Positions 47,998 to 55,792 of a DNA stretch of 55,792 bases are shown piece after piece. The notes below the pieces were generated by a model. That model saw only the letters and a program-made list of their open reading frames with translations. It searched no databases and was not told the origin of the DNA. The DNA comes from a virus (Duplodnaviria > Caudoviricetes), in the IMG/VR virus record IMGVR_UViG_3300045885_000606, positions 1-55,792 of that record. The stretch is one strand, 5' to 3'. How positions within the stretch are numbered: the first letter of the stretch is position 1; the number at the start of each line of letters is the position of its first letter. The position numbers and the translations under genes are program-made.

Positions 47998-49294
47998 TTA
48001 TGCGTTATTGATGCCGTACACCCGCTGATGGTGTCTCAGCGACAAGAACTGGAGCTGCCAGAGCAGATAAATCCTTGATATAGCTACAAACTGGTATGTG
48101 GGCTGAATGAACGGATCTATTCTGAAGTGCATATTGGGGTGGAATATAGGCCTAATATACTTCTCTGTGTAGAATTGCATCTCCCCAGCCGGAACGAACT
48201 GATCATGGAGAACTACAGCGCGGTTGAACATCAGGTTGCGGAAGCCGCCGCGGGTGGTTTCCTCGTCTTCGATGAAGCGCTGGTTATTGACCAGGGTGCC
48301 CCAGTAGGCGTTCCAGCCCGCTTGCGTGGTGGTAATGAGCGTCGGCTCTTCGTTGCCGAATGAGCAGCGCCCGTATTCCTGCTGCATGCCGGCGGTCGTG
48401 ACCAGAGACGCACCAGCCGATTGCCAGATGGTATCGGCATCGGCATCGGTGGGCCCATTGCCGCCGCCACAGCGCCACACAAAGCCCGTCGAGGCGTTGT
48501 TCTGGATGGTGATCCCGGCATAGGTGCCTGAGGCGGCCAGCGCCAGGGGCACGCCGTCGACGTCGATGGCGGTATTTTGCGGCGCGGTCCGCTGAATGGC
48601 GCGGTTGAGCTTCATGAGCATCGAGCCAAAGGAGATTTCTTCTTTGACCCGGACCAGGTTGACCACGCCGGGAGGCCCCTGGTTCAAGACCGCGTCGATC
48701 ACGGGAATGGCGATCAATTGTTGGTACGCACGCCCATAAGTTCTGTTATCCCTAAGGCTCTTTATCCTTAGGTTCTGCATATTACTATGCAGCTCCGACT
48801 ATCTCTTCACCCATACGTCAGGGTGCCCGGCACTCGTGGAGGGCTTATTCTTTCGTCACCCTCTAGTCTGTACGCCTTCCGTCCCCCTGGGCCTCACGGC
48901 TTACATGGACGGCTTGGCTCGGGATTGTCCCCAGCATGACCTGGTAGGAGTTTCCCCGAATTCACCGGGTTTCACATGCCAGGTTTCCCTGGCAAGGCAG
49001 CAGCGGTGTTTACTGCAACTCTGCCGGTTGAGCACTGTCTGTCACGTCAGTGCTCAACATCTGCGTACCCCAAAAAGCCCCACCAGTTAGTTCTTCTTGA
49101 TTTACTACTGTCCAGACAATTGCCCCACCATGAAAACGCCGACCCAGACGCGTCAACCTCCATAACAGCGGTGAAGGGCGGAACACCGCGTCGACCAGTT
49201 GTGGCTGAAAGTACTTAGTGGTAACACCGTTAGCCGTATTGACAAGTGTAATAGGCGGTTGTGATAGCTGGCTACCTATACCCCCTGCTGCCAT
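47998..49294 (-). CDS. Major capsid protein, two exons: 49294-49012 and 48734-47998 (339 aa spliced)
   Basis: Joining gives ...SAQPAELQ-W-RAYQQLIAIPVIDAVLNQG... in frame (1020 nt). Contains LVDAVFRPSPLL and GGFRNLMFN; follows the scaffold-like gene. Confidence 0.85.
48735..49011 (-). ncRNA. Group I self-splicing intron (277 nt, no ORF)
   Basis: On the minus strand the 5' exon ends in U, paired in P1 (GCAGU/GCUGC with U.G). P/Q GAAUUCGGGGAAA...AAUCCCGAGCCAAGC, R GUACAGACUAGA, S GAAGAGAUAGUCGG, terminal G. Confidence 0.92.
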
Positions 49295-49312
49295 AGTGTG
49301 GCCCTTTCAGTC

Positions 49313-50083
49313 TTATGCAGCCGCCATAGGCTGATAGAACATCTTGAGGATATCCTGGTCTTGGAGTGCCGCGACTTCGGCTTCGTCGATGGTTTTAAAG
49401 CCTGGTGCTGGCACCTGCATGGTGTGCGGCGGACCGTAGGGGGCGTAGGGGACTTGCGGGTTCTGTAGCTGCAACTCCTGGCGTGCTCGCTCCAGGGTTG
49501 CCGCTTCCGTTTCTGCTCTGACCCGCGCCATATCGGCCTCGTAGTTCATGGCGCGGGAGGCTAAGACCGGATCGTTAATGTGATGTTCCTGGCGGAACCG
49601 GTTTAAGGCGTCCAGGTCCAAGGCCGGGTTGGACTGCTTCATCTGGCCCAGCATGATGAGCTGGGGCAGGGCCTGCCACATCTGACCATTCTGCGTGGCG
49701 AGCTTTTTCAGTTCGTCGATGGCCCGGGCGTTTTCACTCGCCACCCGCATCGCCTCGACGCTTTGCTGGTAGATGGGGTTTAAGAGTTCATCGCCAGAGT
49801 AATCGATCGGGGGCTTGCCTCCTGGCTGCTGCGTCTGCGTCTGTGGCTGCGGGTGCTGCGGCAGAGCCTGAAGCATCTGCGCCAGGTGGCCTTCCAGGAC
49901 ACGCTTCTCATCGGCATAGACCCCGGCCCGCTGGCGCCAGGAGTCGACTTCTGCTTTGGGCACAAAGGCCTGCCGCAAATCGCCCAGCCGCACCACACCC
50001 TGGCCATTCCCCAGATCGAGCTGCATGGTGTCTGGGAATCGGGCACTATCACGGATTACATCATTCCAGTTTGGATCAGCCAT
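49313..50083 (-). CDS. Capsid scaffolding-like protein
   Basis: Helical, Gln-rich, immediately upstream of the capsid gene. Confidence 0.6.
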   Translation of the reverse strand: MADPNWNDVIRDSARFPDTMQLDLGNGQGVVRLGDLRQAFVPKAEVDSWRQRAGVYADEKRVLEGHLAQMLQALPQHPQPQTQTQQPGGKPPIDYSGDELLNPIYQQSVEAMRVASENARAIDELKKLATQNGQMWQALPQLIMLGQMKQSNPALDLDALNRFRQEHHINDPVLASRAMNYEADMARVRAETEAATLERARQELQLQNPQVPYAPYGPPHTMQVPAPGFKTIDEAEVAALQDQDILKMFYQPMAAA

Positions 50084-50097
50084 AGATTATCTTCCTT

Positions 50098-50541
50098 CTA
50101 GGCTGCCATGGCCATGCCGCCACCACCCATGGGGAAGCCACTGGTGGGCATCCCTGGCGCGGGAGGCTGGAGCATATCGACGGGCATGCCGCCTAAGGTA
50201 TCCATGGCTTGATCGACGTCCAGGAGTGCGGCAGAGCATTCCTTGGCTGCCTGGGGCGAGCGCTGGTAGCAGCCGTTTAAGGCCACACCAATCACTTCCC
50301 GGGCAATCTTTAAGGCCGCCATTTCTTTATAGGGCGAGGGCATGCGGGAGAGGGTCAGAATAATCGTCCCCACATCCGGGGTTGGCGGAGGCGGGGGCAT
50401 CATCCCTGGAAGACCCATGGGGGGCGCCATACCGGGAGGCGGACCCCCAGGCAGGGGGCCAGCCCCTGCGCCCGGAGGTCCACCCGGACCACGCGCCATG
50501 GCTTGTTGCAGCAGCATTGCCAGCGGTGGCAGGGTTGCCAT
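50098..50541 (-). CDS. Pro/Gly-rich hypothetical head-module protein
   Basis: Coupled ORF. Confidence 0.55.
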   Translation of the reverse strand: MATLPPLAMLLQQAMARGPGGPPGAGAGPLPGGPPPGMAPPMGLPGMMPPPPPTPDVGTIILTLSRMPSPYKEMAALKIAREVIGVALNGCYQRSPQAAKECSAALLDVDQAMDTLGGMPVDMLQPPAPGMPTSGFPMGGGGMAMAA

Positions 50542-50744
50542 TACCCCTTTCCTCCATCGGGAAAGGTGGCTTTCCAGTCGTTCACCATGTCGCCCGACCC
50601 GGTGGACATGGGCTTACACTGGCTCGTCCCATTGGGAGAAAGCACCCCCAGAGGATCGGCCGGCTCGCCGCAGGTCCACGAATCGATTTTGGCGTGCTGG
50701 ACACCCGGCTCCCATAGCGGTGTTACAAATGTCACGTCTGCCAT
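50541..50744 (-). CDS. Small hypothetical protein
   Basis: ATG 50744 after TAAGGAG. Confidence 0.55.
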   Translation of the reverse strand: MADVTFVTPLWEPGVQHAKIDSWTCGEPADPLGVLSPNGTSQCKPMSTGSGDMVNDWKATFPDGGKG

Positions 50745-50912
50745 AGCGTTCTCCTTACATGCGCCGACCACCACGCGACGATTTCCGCATCCGTCTGCCA
50801 CGACTCTGTGTATACCTCTCAGGTCCACACATAGACCACTCCTTGCCAGGGAAAGTGAGGGGTAATGAAACGCATCAGGTGGAGTATGGAGCAGCAAGGG
50901 ACTGACAGTCTA

Positions 50913-50978
50913 TTGACAGTATGCAGAAAGTGCTAGTAAGCTAGGACAAAATCGCAAAAAAGTACTAGTAAGCTAGTA
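50913..50978 (+). promoter_or_regulatory. Promoter/operator with repeated AGT(G/A)CTAGTAAGCTAG
   Basis: TTGACA at 50913 and two 16 nt near-identical repeats upstream of a small RHH-like gene. Confidence 0.6.
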
Positions 50979-50994
50979 AATGGAGGGGGTGGGT

Positions 50995-51165
50995 ATGCGA
51001 AGAGGCGATATGGTGCAGGTCAATGCCACCATACCCAGGGAGTTAAAGGTGAGATTGTTTGTACTCCTCACCAGCAGGAACACGAAGTTTACGCAGTGGC
51101 TGCTTCAGCAGGTCCTCAAAGAAGTGCGGGAGCACGAAGGACGCGCTCCTGTACCTATGAAATAA
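50995..51165 (+). CDS. Small ribbon-helix-helix-like regulator (antisense to the late operon)
   Basis: VQVNATIPRELKVRL alternating beta-strand plus helix pattern. Confidence 0.6.
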   Translation: MRRGDMVQVNATIPRELKVRLFVLLTSRNTKFTQWLLQQVLKEVREHEGRAPVPMK

Positions 51166-51171
51166 GGCGCT

Positions 51172-51390
51172 CTACTCCTGCGAGCGCTGACCTATGAGAG
51201 ACGTTTCGATCTGGCGCTTGAGCGTATCCTTGAGCGTTTGTGTGCCTTCTTTCTCCAGCGCATGCATAGTCTCTTTGGAGACATGGAAAGAGACCCCCTC
51301 ACTTCCCTGTCCCCCTTCGACAAGGTAGCCGGTCGAGCCATCTTTCCCACGTACTTCCCGTATGCTGGTAATTTCTGGGTCTTTACTCAC
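51172..51390 (-). CDS. Hypothetical protein
   Basis: Coupled to the portal stop codon. Confidence 0.55.
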   Translation of the reverse strand: MSKDPEITSIREVRGKDGSTGYLVEGGQGSEGVSFHVSKETMHALEKEGTQTLKDTLKRQIETSLIGQRSQE

Positions 51391-53135
51391 CTTCCCCTCC
51401 TGCTTCCGCGCTGGGCTTCGGCGGCTTGCGCTGCCATCCTGAGCGCTTCCTGGTTATGGCCCGCGATCGTTTCCCCATTAGGAAATTCCAAAATGTCATA
51501 GAGATCTTTGTCCGATGCCATGCGACCAATGCGGGCCAGCATGACCGCCAGACGCTTGACCATGGTTTTCGACTGAATGGCAAACGACGTCGGATCGACG
51601 TGCGCCGCGTACTCCTCCCAGTGCCTGAGGGGTTCCCAGATAACCGGCTTCCACTGCTGGCCCTGCATATAGGGGAGGACCCGGGTGTGGGTGTAGAACT
51701 GCCCCATACGGGCGAGGACCTTCGAGACCAGGCGAGAGACCGCCTTGTAGAGGTAGCGGGCGCGGAGGCGGGTTAAGCCCATGGCCTGGGTAATCTCGGT
51801 TTCCGTCAGCTCTGCAGAGACATTGCCTCTCCCCTGCACACCTTCCCGGGTGGGTTGGTGGCCCAAAAGTTCGCGCATGTACGAGCGGTACCGGGCTCCT
51901 GAAAGGACAAGATCAGGGGGGAGCGGCGGCGGCCTGACGATTTCCACCGTCGAGCCCGGGCGTTTTAAGATGACTTGCCCGGGAATGTCGGCAAACGTCC
52001 GGCTGTCGATCCCGGAATTGGCGTCTGCCAGCACCAGGCCCTTTTGCAGCCGGAGCATGTTTTCTAAGGTGAGCGATTCAGCCTTATCGGCCGCACGCTG
52101 AAGTTCTAAGAGTTCTGCCACCAGGGAGCGCTTGGGCCAGAAGCGGTGGACTGGAGGTTGGAGCAGGGTTTGGATGAGATCAAAGCCGTCCCCGTAGGGC
52201 ATCTGCGCGTCATAGAGGACCACATCAGCGGTGCACTGGACCAGGCGTCCCTGAGGGTATTTGTAGCGCACCCCGCGCCGGAGCTGCCGGATGCCCTCGT
52301 TGTTAAAGTGCTCGTAGGGATAGGCCTCGAGGGTGGTGTCTTTACACCTGAGGGAATAGACCGACACCCGCGTATCCATGCCGCCTGAGGGGATGGGCGA
52401 GGAGATGGGGTAGAGCGGCGTCAAAATCCCCAGGCCTGAGGGCCTCCCTGGAGAGGTCATAAAGGGTTGGAGGTCCTGGGGCTGCGCCACATCAGGGCGC
52501 ACCCGGTGCCCATGGTCTGGCCACTTCTGGCGCACCTCGTTGACATCCATGACATCGAGCGTTACGACGTAGCGCCAGTCCTCATCCGACGTGGCAAAGG
52601 GATCGGGAAAGACGGTCTGCGGCGCCCTGGCCCTTACCACAATTTCTCCCTGACCGCCAGCGAGGAGCGGGTCCCAGGGCACTTCAAAAAAGCCGCACGG
52701 CCAGATGGCTGCGTCAGCGCACACATCGAGAATGGTGAGGTCGACAAAGTAGCGCTGCCAGAAGGCCTGGATGGCACGCTCCACCCCGTCGTCACGCTCC
52801 GCCGTGCGCGGGTTGGCGGTGACGTAGACGGTGGGGGAATTATCGGTCAGGTCAGAGAGTTCGGAGAGGATGAGGCGCTTCATCTCGTTAATCTGCATAG
52901 GAGACTTATAGGAGGGGAGTGCTTCAGGCCAGTACGAACCCCAGTACCCTGAGGCCCAATCGTCCCATTCTGTCTGGGTAATGCATTTGTTTCTCGCTGT
53001 TAGTGCATCTAAGTACAACCCCTGGACCCATTGGCACAGGAGCTGCTCGCCTTGCCTTTGGCCGCCTGGCGTCGTCTCTGGTTCGGGAACGTGCGTGCCG
53101 TTGGTAGTGGGCATCCTGAGGACCTGGGTCGCCAC
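51387..53135 (-). CDS. Portal protein (P22-like)
   Basis: 582 aa; INEMKR..., VFPDPFA, LLELQR, IPGQVI; position after terL. Confidence 0.8.
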   Translation of the reverse strand: MATQVLRMPTTNGTHVPEPETTPGGQRQGEQLLCQWVQGLYLDALTARNKCITQTEWDDWASGYWGSYWPEALPSYKSPMQINEMKRLILSELSDLTDNSPTVYVTANPRTAERDDGVERAIQAFWQRYFVDLTILDVCADAAIWPCGFFEVPWDPLLAGGQGEIVVRARAPQTVFPDPFATSDEDWRYVVTLDVMDVNEVRQKWPDHGHRVRPDVAQPQDLQPFMTSPGRPSGLGILTPLYPISSPIPSGGMDTRVSVYSLRCKDTTLEAYPYEHFNNEGIRQLRRGVRYKYPQGRLVQCTADVVLYDAQMPYGDGFDLIQTLLQPPVHRFWPKRSLVAELLELQRAADKAESLTLENMLRLQKGLVLADANSGIDSRTFADIPGQVILKRPGSTVEIVRPPPLPPDLVLSGARYRSYMRELLGHQPTREGVQGRGNVSAELTETEITQAMGLTRLRARYLYKAVSRLVSKVLARMGQFYTHTRVLPYMQGQQWKPVIWEPLRHWEEYAAHVDPTSFAIQSKTMVKRLAVMLARIGRMASDKDLYDILEFPNGETIAGHNQEALRMAAQAAEAQRGSRRGR

Positions 53136-53138
53136 GAG

Positions 53139-53291
53139 CTAGCTCCTTTGCTTCCCGCGTGTGGCCGTGCGGGTCTTTTTGGCACGCTGCACGGCTGGCT
53201 GTCCCATCTCGTCGTCTTCATGCTGCGCCAGGCGTTTCCCCAGGCGCGTCATTTTTTTGGCATCTTTCTTGGCCTGGGCATCAGAAATCAC
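53139..53291 (-). CDS. Small basic protein (50 aa)
   Basis: GTG after AAAAGGAG; below the ORF-track cut-off, translated manually (MISDAQAKKDAKK...). Confidence 0.45.
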   Translation of the reverse strand: MISDAQAKKDAKKMTRLGKRLAQHEDDEMGQPAVQRAKKTRTATRGKQRS

Positions 53292-53527
53292 GACCGACTC
53301 CTTTTGCGAGCATTTTTGCGTGCTGTCCGCCGCCCCGCCTTCAGCATGCCGGTGGCGAAGGAGGCTTGCTTCTTGGCCTTAGCGCCGTAGTCCCCGCGCT
53401 TCGCCGCGGCCATCTTGGAGGCAGGGATACGCTCACCCTCGGGGGTGTTGGTACTGCGGTGCAGGCCGCCCTTGGAGAAGGAGATGGGCTTCTTGCCTTT
53501 GCCGCGAATCGTGGTGGTTTCAGCCAT
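53288..53527 (-). CDS. Small very basic protein
   Basis: AAGGAG RBS; KGGLH...PEGERIPASKM; Lys/Arg-rich. Confidence 0.7.
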   Translation of the reverse strand: MAETTTIRGKGKKPISFSKGGLHRSTNTPEGERIPASKMAAAKRGDYGAKAKKQASFATGMLKAGRRTARKNARKRSRS

Positions 53528-53539
53528 AGGTCTCTCCTT

Positions 53540-53594
53540 ATGTACCGCGAGGTACAGTCTGGAATCCCCTGGCTTTAGCCATGGGGAGGTTCAA
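53540..53594 (+). mobile_element. Isolated IS200/IS605-type right-end fragment
   Basis: 55 bp identical to 37425-37479. Confidence 0.75.
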
Positions 53595-53617
53595 TCGCTC
53601 CAGTGCCGTACTCATGC

Positions 53618-54256
53618 TCATGTTGCTCCCTGCATGAAGAACTGGTAGGGGTCTTCACCGCCGGCGATGGGGTAGGGGCGATCGGTCCCCACCATGGGAT
53701 TGGACATTTGCGACTGACCGTAGACTTGCTTGTAGGCGAGGGCACAGGCGTTGGAGCAGACGAGATGCACGGCACCGGCTTTGCCGGCATCGCCTAAGAT
53801 TTGCCGCATAGTAATGGGCCGGTCGTTGACCATGACCCACTCATGAGCGCTCCCACAGTGCATACAAATCCAGTGATTCTGGTTGTGCGGGCCGCAGCGG
53901 GCGCAGTGGCAGGAGGAATCCGGGCGCAGAGGCGCACGCTGCATGCCGGGGACAATGAGGGAGCCATCCTGGCGCTGCTGAATGAGGCCTCCCGCCACAA
54001 AGGTTTGGAGAAGCTGGGCAAGCTCAAGCGTCTGCTTCAGGGGATCAAAGGCCGCTTTCTCCTCTGCCTTCACCAGGCCAGCGGTTTGCCCGGGTGGAGG
54101 GGGTTCTTCCTCTTCGCCTACGGGCTCGGCCTCCGGGTCCATGGGGATATCCCCTTCCTCAGGTGGATCAGGCGTTTCAGTCCCGGGCTCACCAGAGAGT
54201 GGGCCTGGCCGAAGCAGCGCGGCCTGCGAGAGATCACGAATGCGTGGTTGTGCCAT
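53618..54256 (-). CDS. Cys-rich zinc-binding hypothetical protein
   Basis: CHCARC...CMHC...CSNAC. Confidence 0.6.
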   Translation of the reverse strand: MAQPRIRDLSQAALLRPGPLSGEPGTETPDPPEEGDIPMDPEAEPVGEEEEPPPPGQTAGLVKAEEKAAFDPLKQTLELAQLLQTFVAGGLIQQRQDGSLIVPGMQRAPLRPDSSCHCARCGPHNQNHWICMHCGSAHEWVMVNDRPITMRQILGDAGKAGAVHLVCSNACALAYKQVYGQSQMSNPMVGTDRPYPIAGGEDPYQFFMQGAT

Positions 54257-54491
54257 CACGTTTTCCCCTGAACGTGGCAGTTCCCGGGCCAAACCCCCCA
54301 AAGTGGCTGCCTCGCACAGCCGGGGTCCCTGAGCCAGGCGTGCCACCGGTTTTGTCTTTGGTCACATGGCGGTAGGTGCCACAGGTCGGACACTCAAAAT
54401 CGTGCCCGGTCGGGCGCTCGGTCATGAGACGCATAACCACCCGGCCACGGCCGTGCTCGTCGCACATCGGACAAACCACCGTCACAGCCAT
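54234..54491 (-). CDS. Small zinc-ribbon protein
   Basis: CPMC...FECPTC. Confidence 0.55.
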   Translation of the reverse strand: MAVTVVCPMCDEHGRGRVVMRLMTERPTGHDFECPTCGTYRHVTKDKTGGTPGSGTPAVRGSHFGGFGPGTATFRGKRDGTTTHS

Positions 54492-54633
54492 CGCACCATC
54501 CTTTGGTGAGTAAGAGCACAGTATGTCCGAGCCAGGGGGGGGATGGGAAACAGGGTAGCGCGAAGCGCGGTGTGAGTCAATCACATGCGCGGCGGCCATG
54601 GCCAGACGGGTCTGGGGGAATGCGTGTCTCGCC

Positions 54634-55792
54634 TTACCACTGGAGGAACTCCGTGGGATAGGTGAGCGGTTGAGTGCCGTAGGCCAGGAGGAGATCGGAG
54701 AGCACAGTACGGTCCCTATCCTCCGGATCCGGCGTGTGGTCAAGCCCAGCCTGGGCCCACGGGAAGGCCGGCGCCGCGTGGAGAGGGACGCCACGTTTGA
54801 CCACGTAGTTTTCCGAGCGCGACATGAGCGCAATACCGAAGGCAAAGAGGAGATCATCGTGGCCAGCCAGGGCTTCGAGCTTCCCCGAATCCGATTCCCC
54901 AAAGGTCCGGAGCTGGCGCACCAGAGCCCGGGAGTGGAGAGCCACACGCTTTTCTAAGATCACTTCCTGAATGCGGGCCAGCATCCGTGGGCGGGTGCGC
55001 ACATTGGTATTATGGCCGACCAGGCCATCAGCAATGAGCGTATGGTCTGGATCAGTCGTCAGACCAATCACCTCGCCATCTGGCAGAGGGATGATGCTGT
55101 CGACTGGCATACGCTCAAACGACCTGAGGGTCAAGTATCCAGCCTCGGCAAACGCCGCAAAGCGCCTGAGAAGCCGTGTCGGACGGAGTGAACCGAGTGC
55201 GCGCAGCACTTCCACCACACGCAGCACGCCGGTGGTCTGTATGGTCTGCTCCTGCGGACGGTCTTTATGCCGCATCCACTTGAAGATGGCGTCAAAGCCA
55301 CATTTCCCCCAGAGATCGGCAATCTCATCGGCGAGGAGTCCTTCGACCTGCGTTATAAGCAGTTGATAGCCGCCACGATCCCCGCCCCTGGAGAGATGGC
55401 CTTCACCATCAAGAAACGCAGAGAGTCTTCCGGCTTCATAGGTGCGCAGGCTCTCCCACATCGGCAGATACCTGAGCAGATCACCTTGCCTGAGCCGTGA
55501 GGCTTCCATCCACTGCCATCCCACATCTTTGCGGCTCTGCCTGAACACCAAAAAAGGATGGTTGGTACTCACACAGGTCGTCTCGCCATTGGCAAGCACC
55601 ACCTTGCACCTCGGGGCAGGAAAGACCTGACGGCTCTTAATCGTCTGTATCCGTACATGGATCGCACTGCCTTTTCCCCCTGTGACGCGCTCCTGGCAGC
55701 CCAGTATCTGGTCACCAACCTCAAGCGTATGCGCCTCCGTCCAGCGTAAATCTGACGTAAGGATGCGGGACGAGGGGTCAACACATTCCCAT
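54634..55792 (-). CDS. terL: Terminase large subunit, 3' part (intein plus C-terminal nuclease portion)
   Basis: After the intein: TNVRTRP...QLRTF...GHDDLLFAFGIAL (terminase nuclease HDD motif). Confidence 0.9.
   Translation of the reverse strand, partial: WECVDPSSRILTSDLRWTEAHTLEVGDQILGCQERVTGGKGSAIHVRIQTIKSRQVFPAPRCKVVLANGETTCVSTNHPFLVFRQSRKDVGWQWMEASRLRQGDLLRYLPMWESLRTYEAGRLSAFLDGEGHLSRGGDRGGYQLLITQVEGLLADEIADLWGKCGFDAIFKWMRHKDRPQEQTIQTTGVLRVVEVLRALGSLRPTRLLRRFAAFAEAGYLTLRSFERMPVDSIIPLPDGEVIGLTTDPDHTLIADGLVGHNTNVRTRPRMLARIQEVILEKRVALHSRALVRQLRTFGESDSGKLEALAGHDDLLFAFGIALMSRSENYVVKRGVPLHAAPAFPWAQAGLDHTPDPEDRDRTVLSDLLLAYGTQPLTYPTEFLQW
55009..55785 (-). mobile_element. Intein (259 aa) in the terminase nuclease domain
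   Basis: GWE|CVDPSSRILT...VSTNHPFLV...LSAFLDGEGHL...HTLIADGLVGHN|T. Confidence 0.92.

Noticed and set aside
48735-48780. Capsid start MQNLRIK at 48780 as a separate gene
   Set aside because: It lies within the intron's 3' end; the spliced model explains both ORFs.
1-55792. tRNA, rRNA, reverse transcriptase/DGR or retron
   Set aside because: No cloverleaf, rRNA-like sequence, RT motifs or adenine-specific repeat pair was recognised by eye.

Overview
This window is an apparently complete, circularly assembled ~55.66 kb tailed-phage genome. Bases 10-135 are identical to 55667-55792, and the terminase gene reads through the join. The architecture is podovirus-like: a + strand early/replication arm (~5.5-29 kb) and a - strand packaging/virion arm (terminase, portal, scaffold, capsid, glycosyltransferases, tail proteins, three large internal-virion-like proteins, two beta-helix tailspikes). 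The main finding is a TIGR-Tas-like RNA-guided system at 19.49-22.51 kb. An IS110/Nop-domain gene with no evident nuclease domain of its own is flanked on both sides by dual-repeat arrays of ~37 nt units (edge repeat GAGCGCAGCC, ~9 nt spacer, loop repeat GAGNAYCCC, ~9 nt spacer; ~13 + ~10 units). That gene is itself split by a 414 aa HTH+LAGLIDADG intein. Also present: a second intein in the terminase, an ORF-less group I intron in the major capsid gene, a protein-free IS200/IS605-end-bounded structured-RNA locus with twin promoters, signal peptides on both tailspikes, and a long structured leader before the early genes. All protein calls come from motif recognition by eye; no database searches were run.
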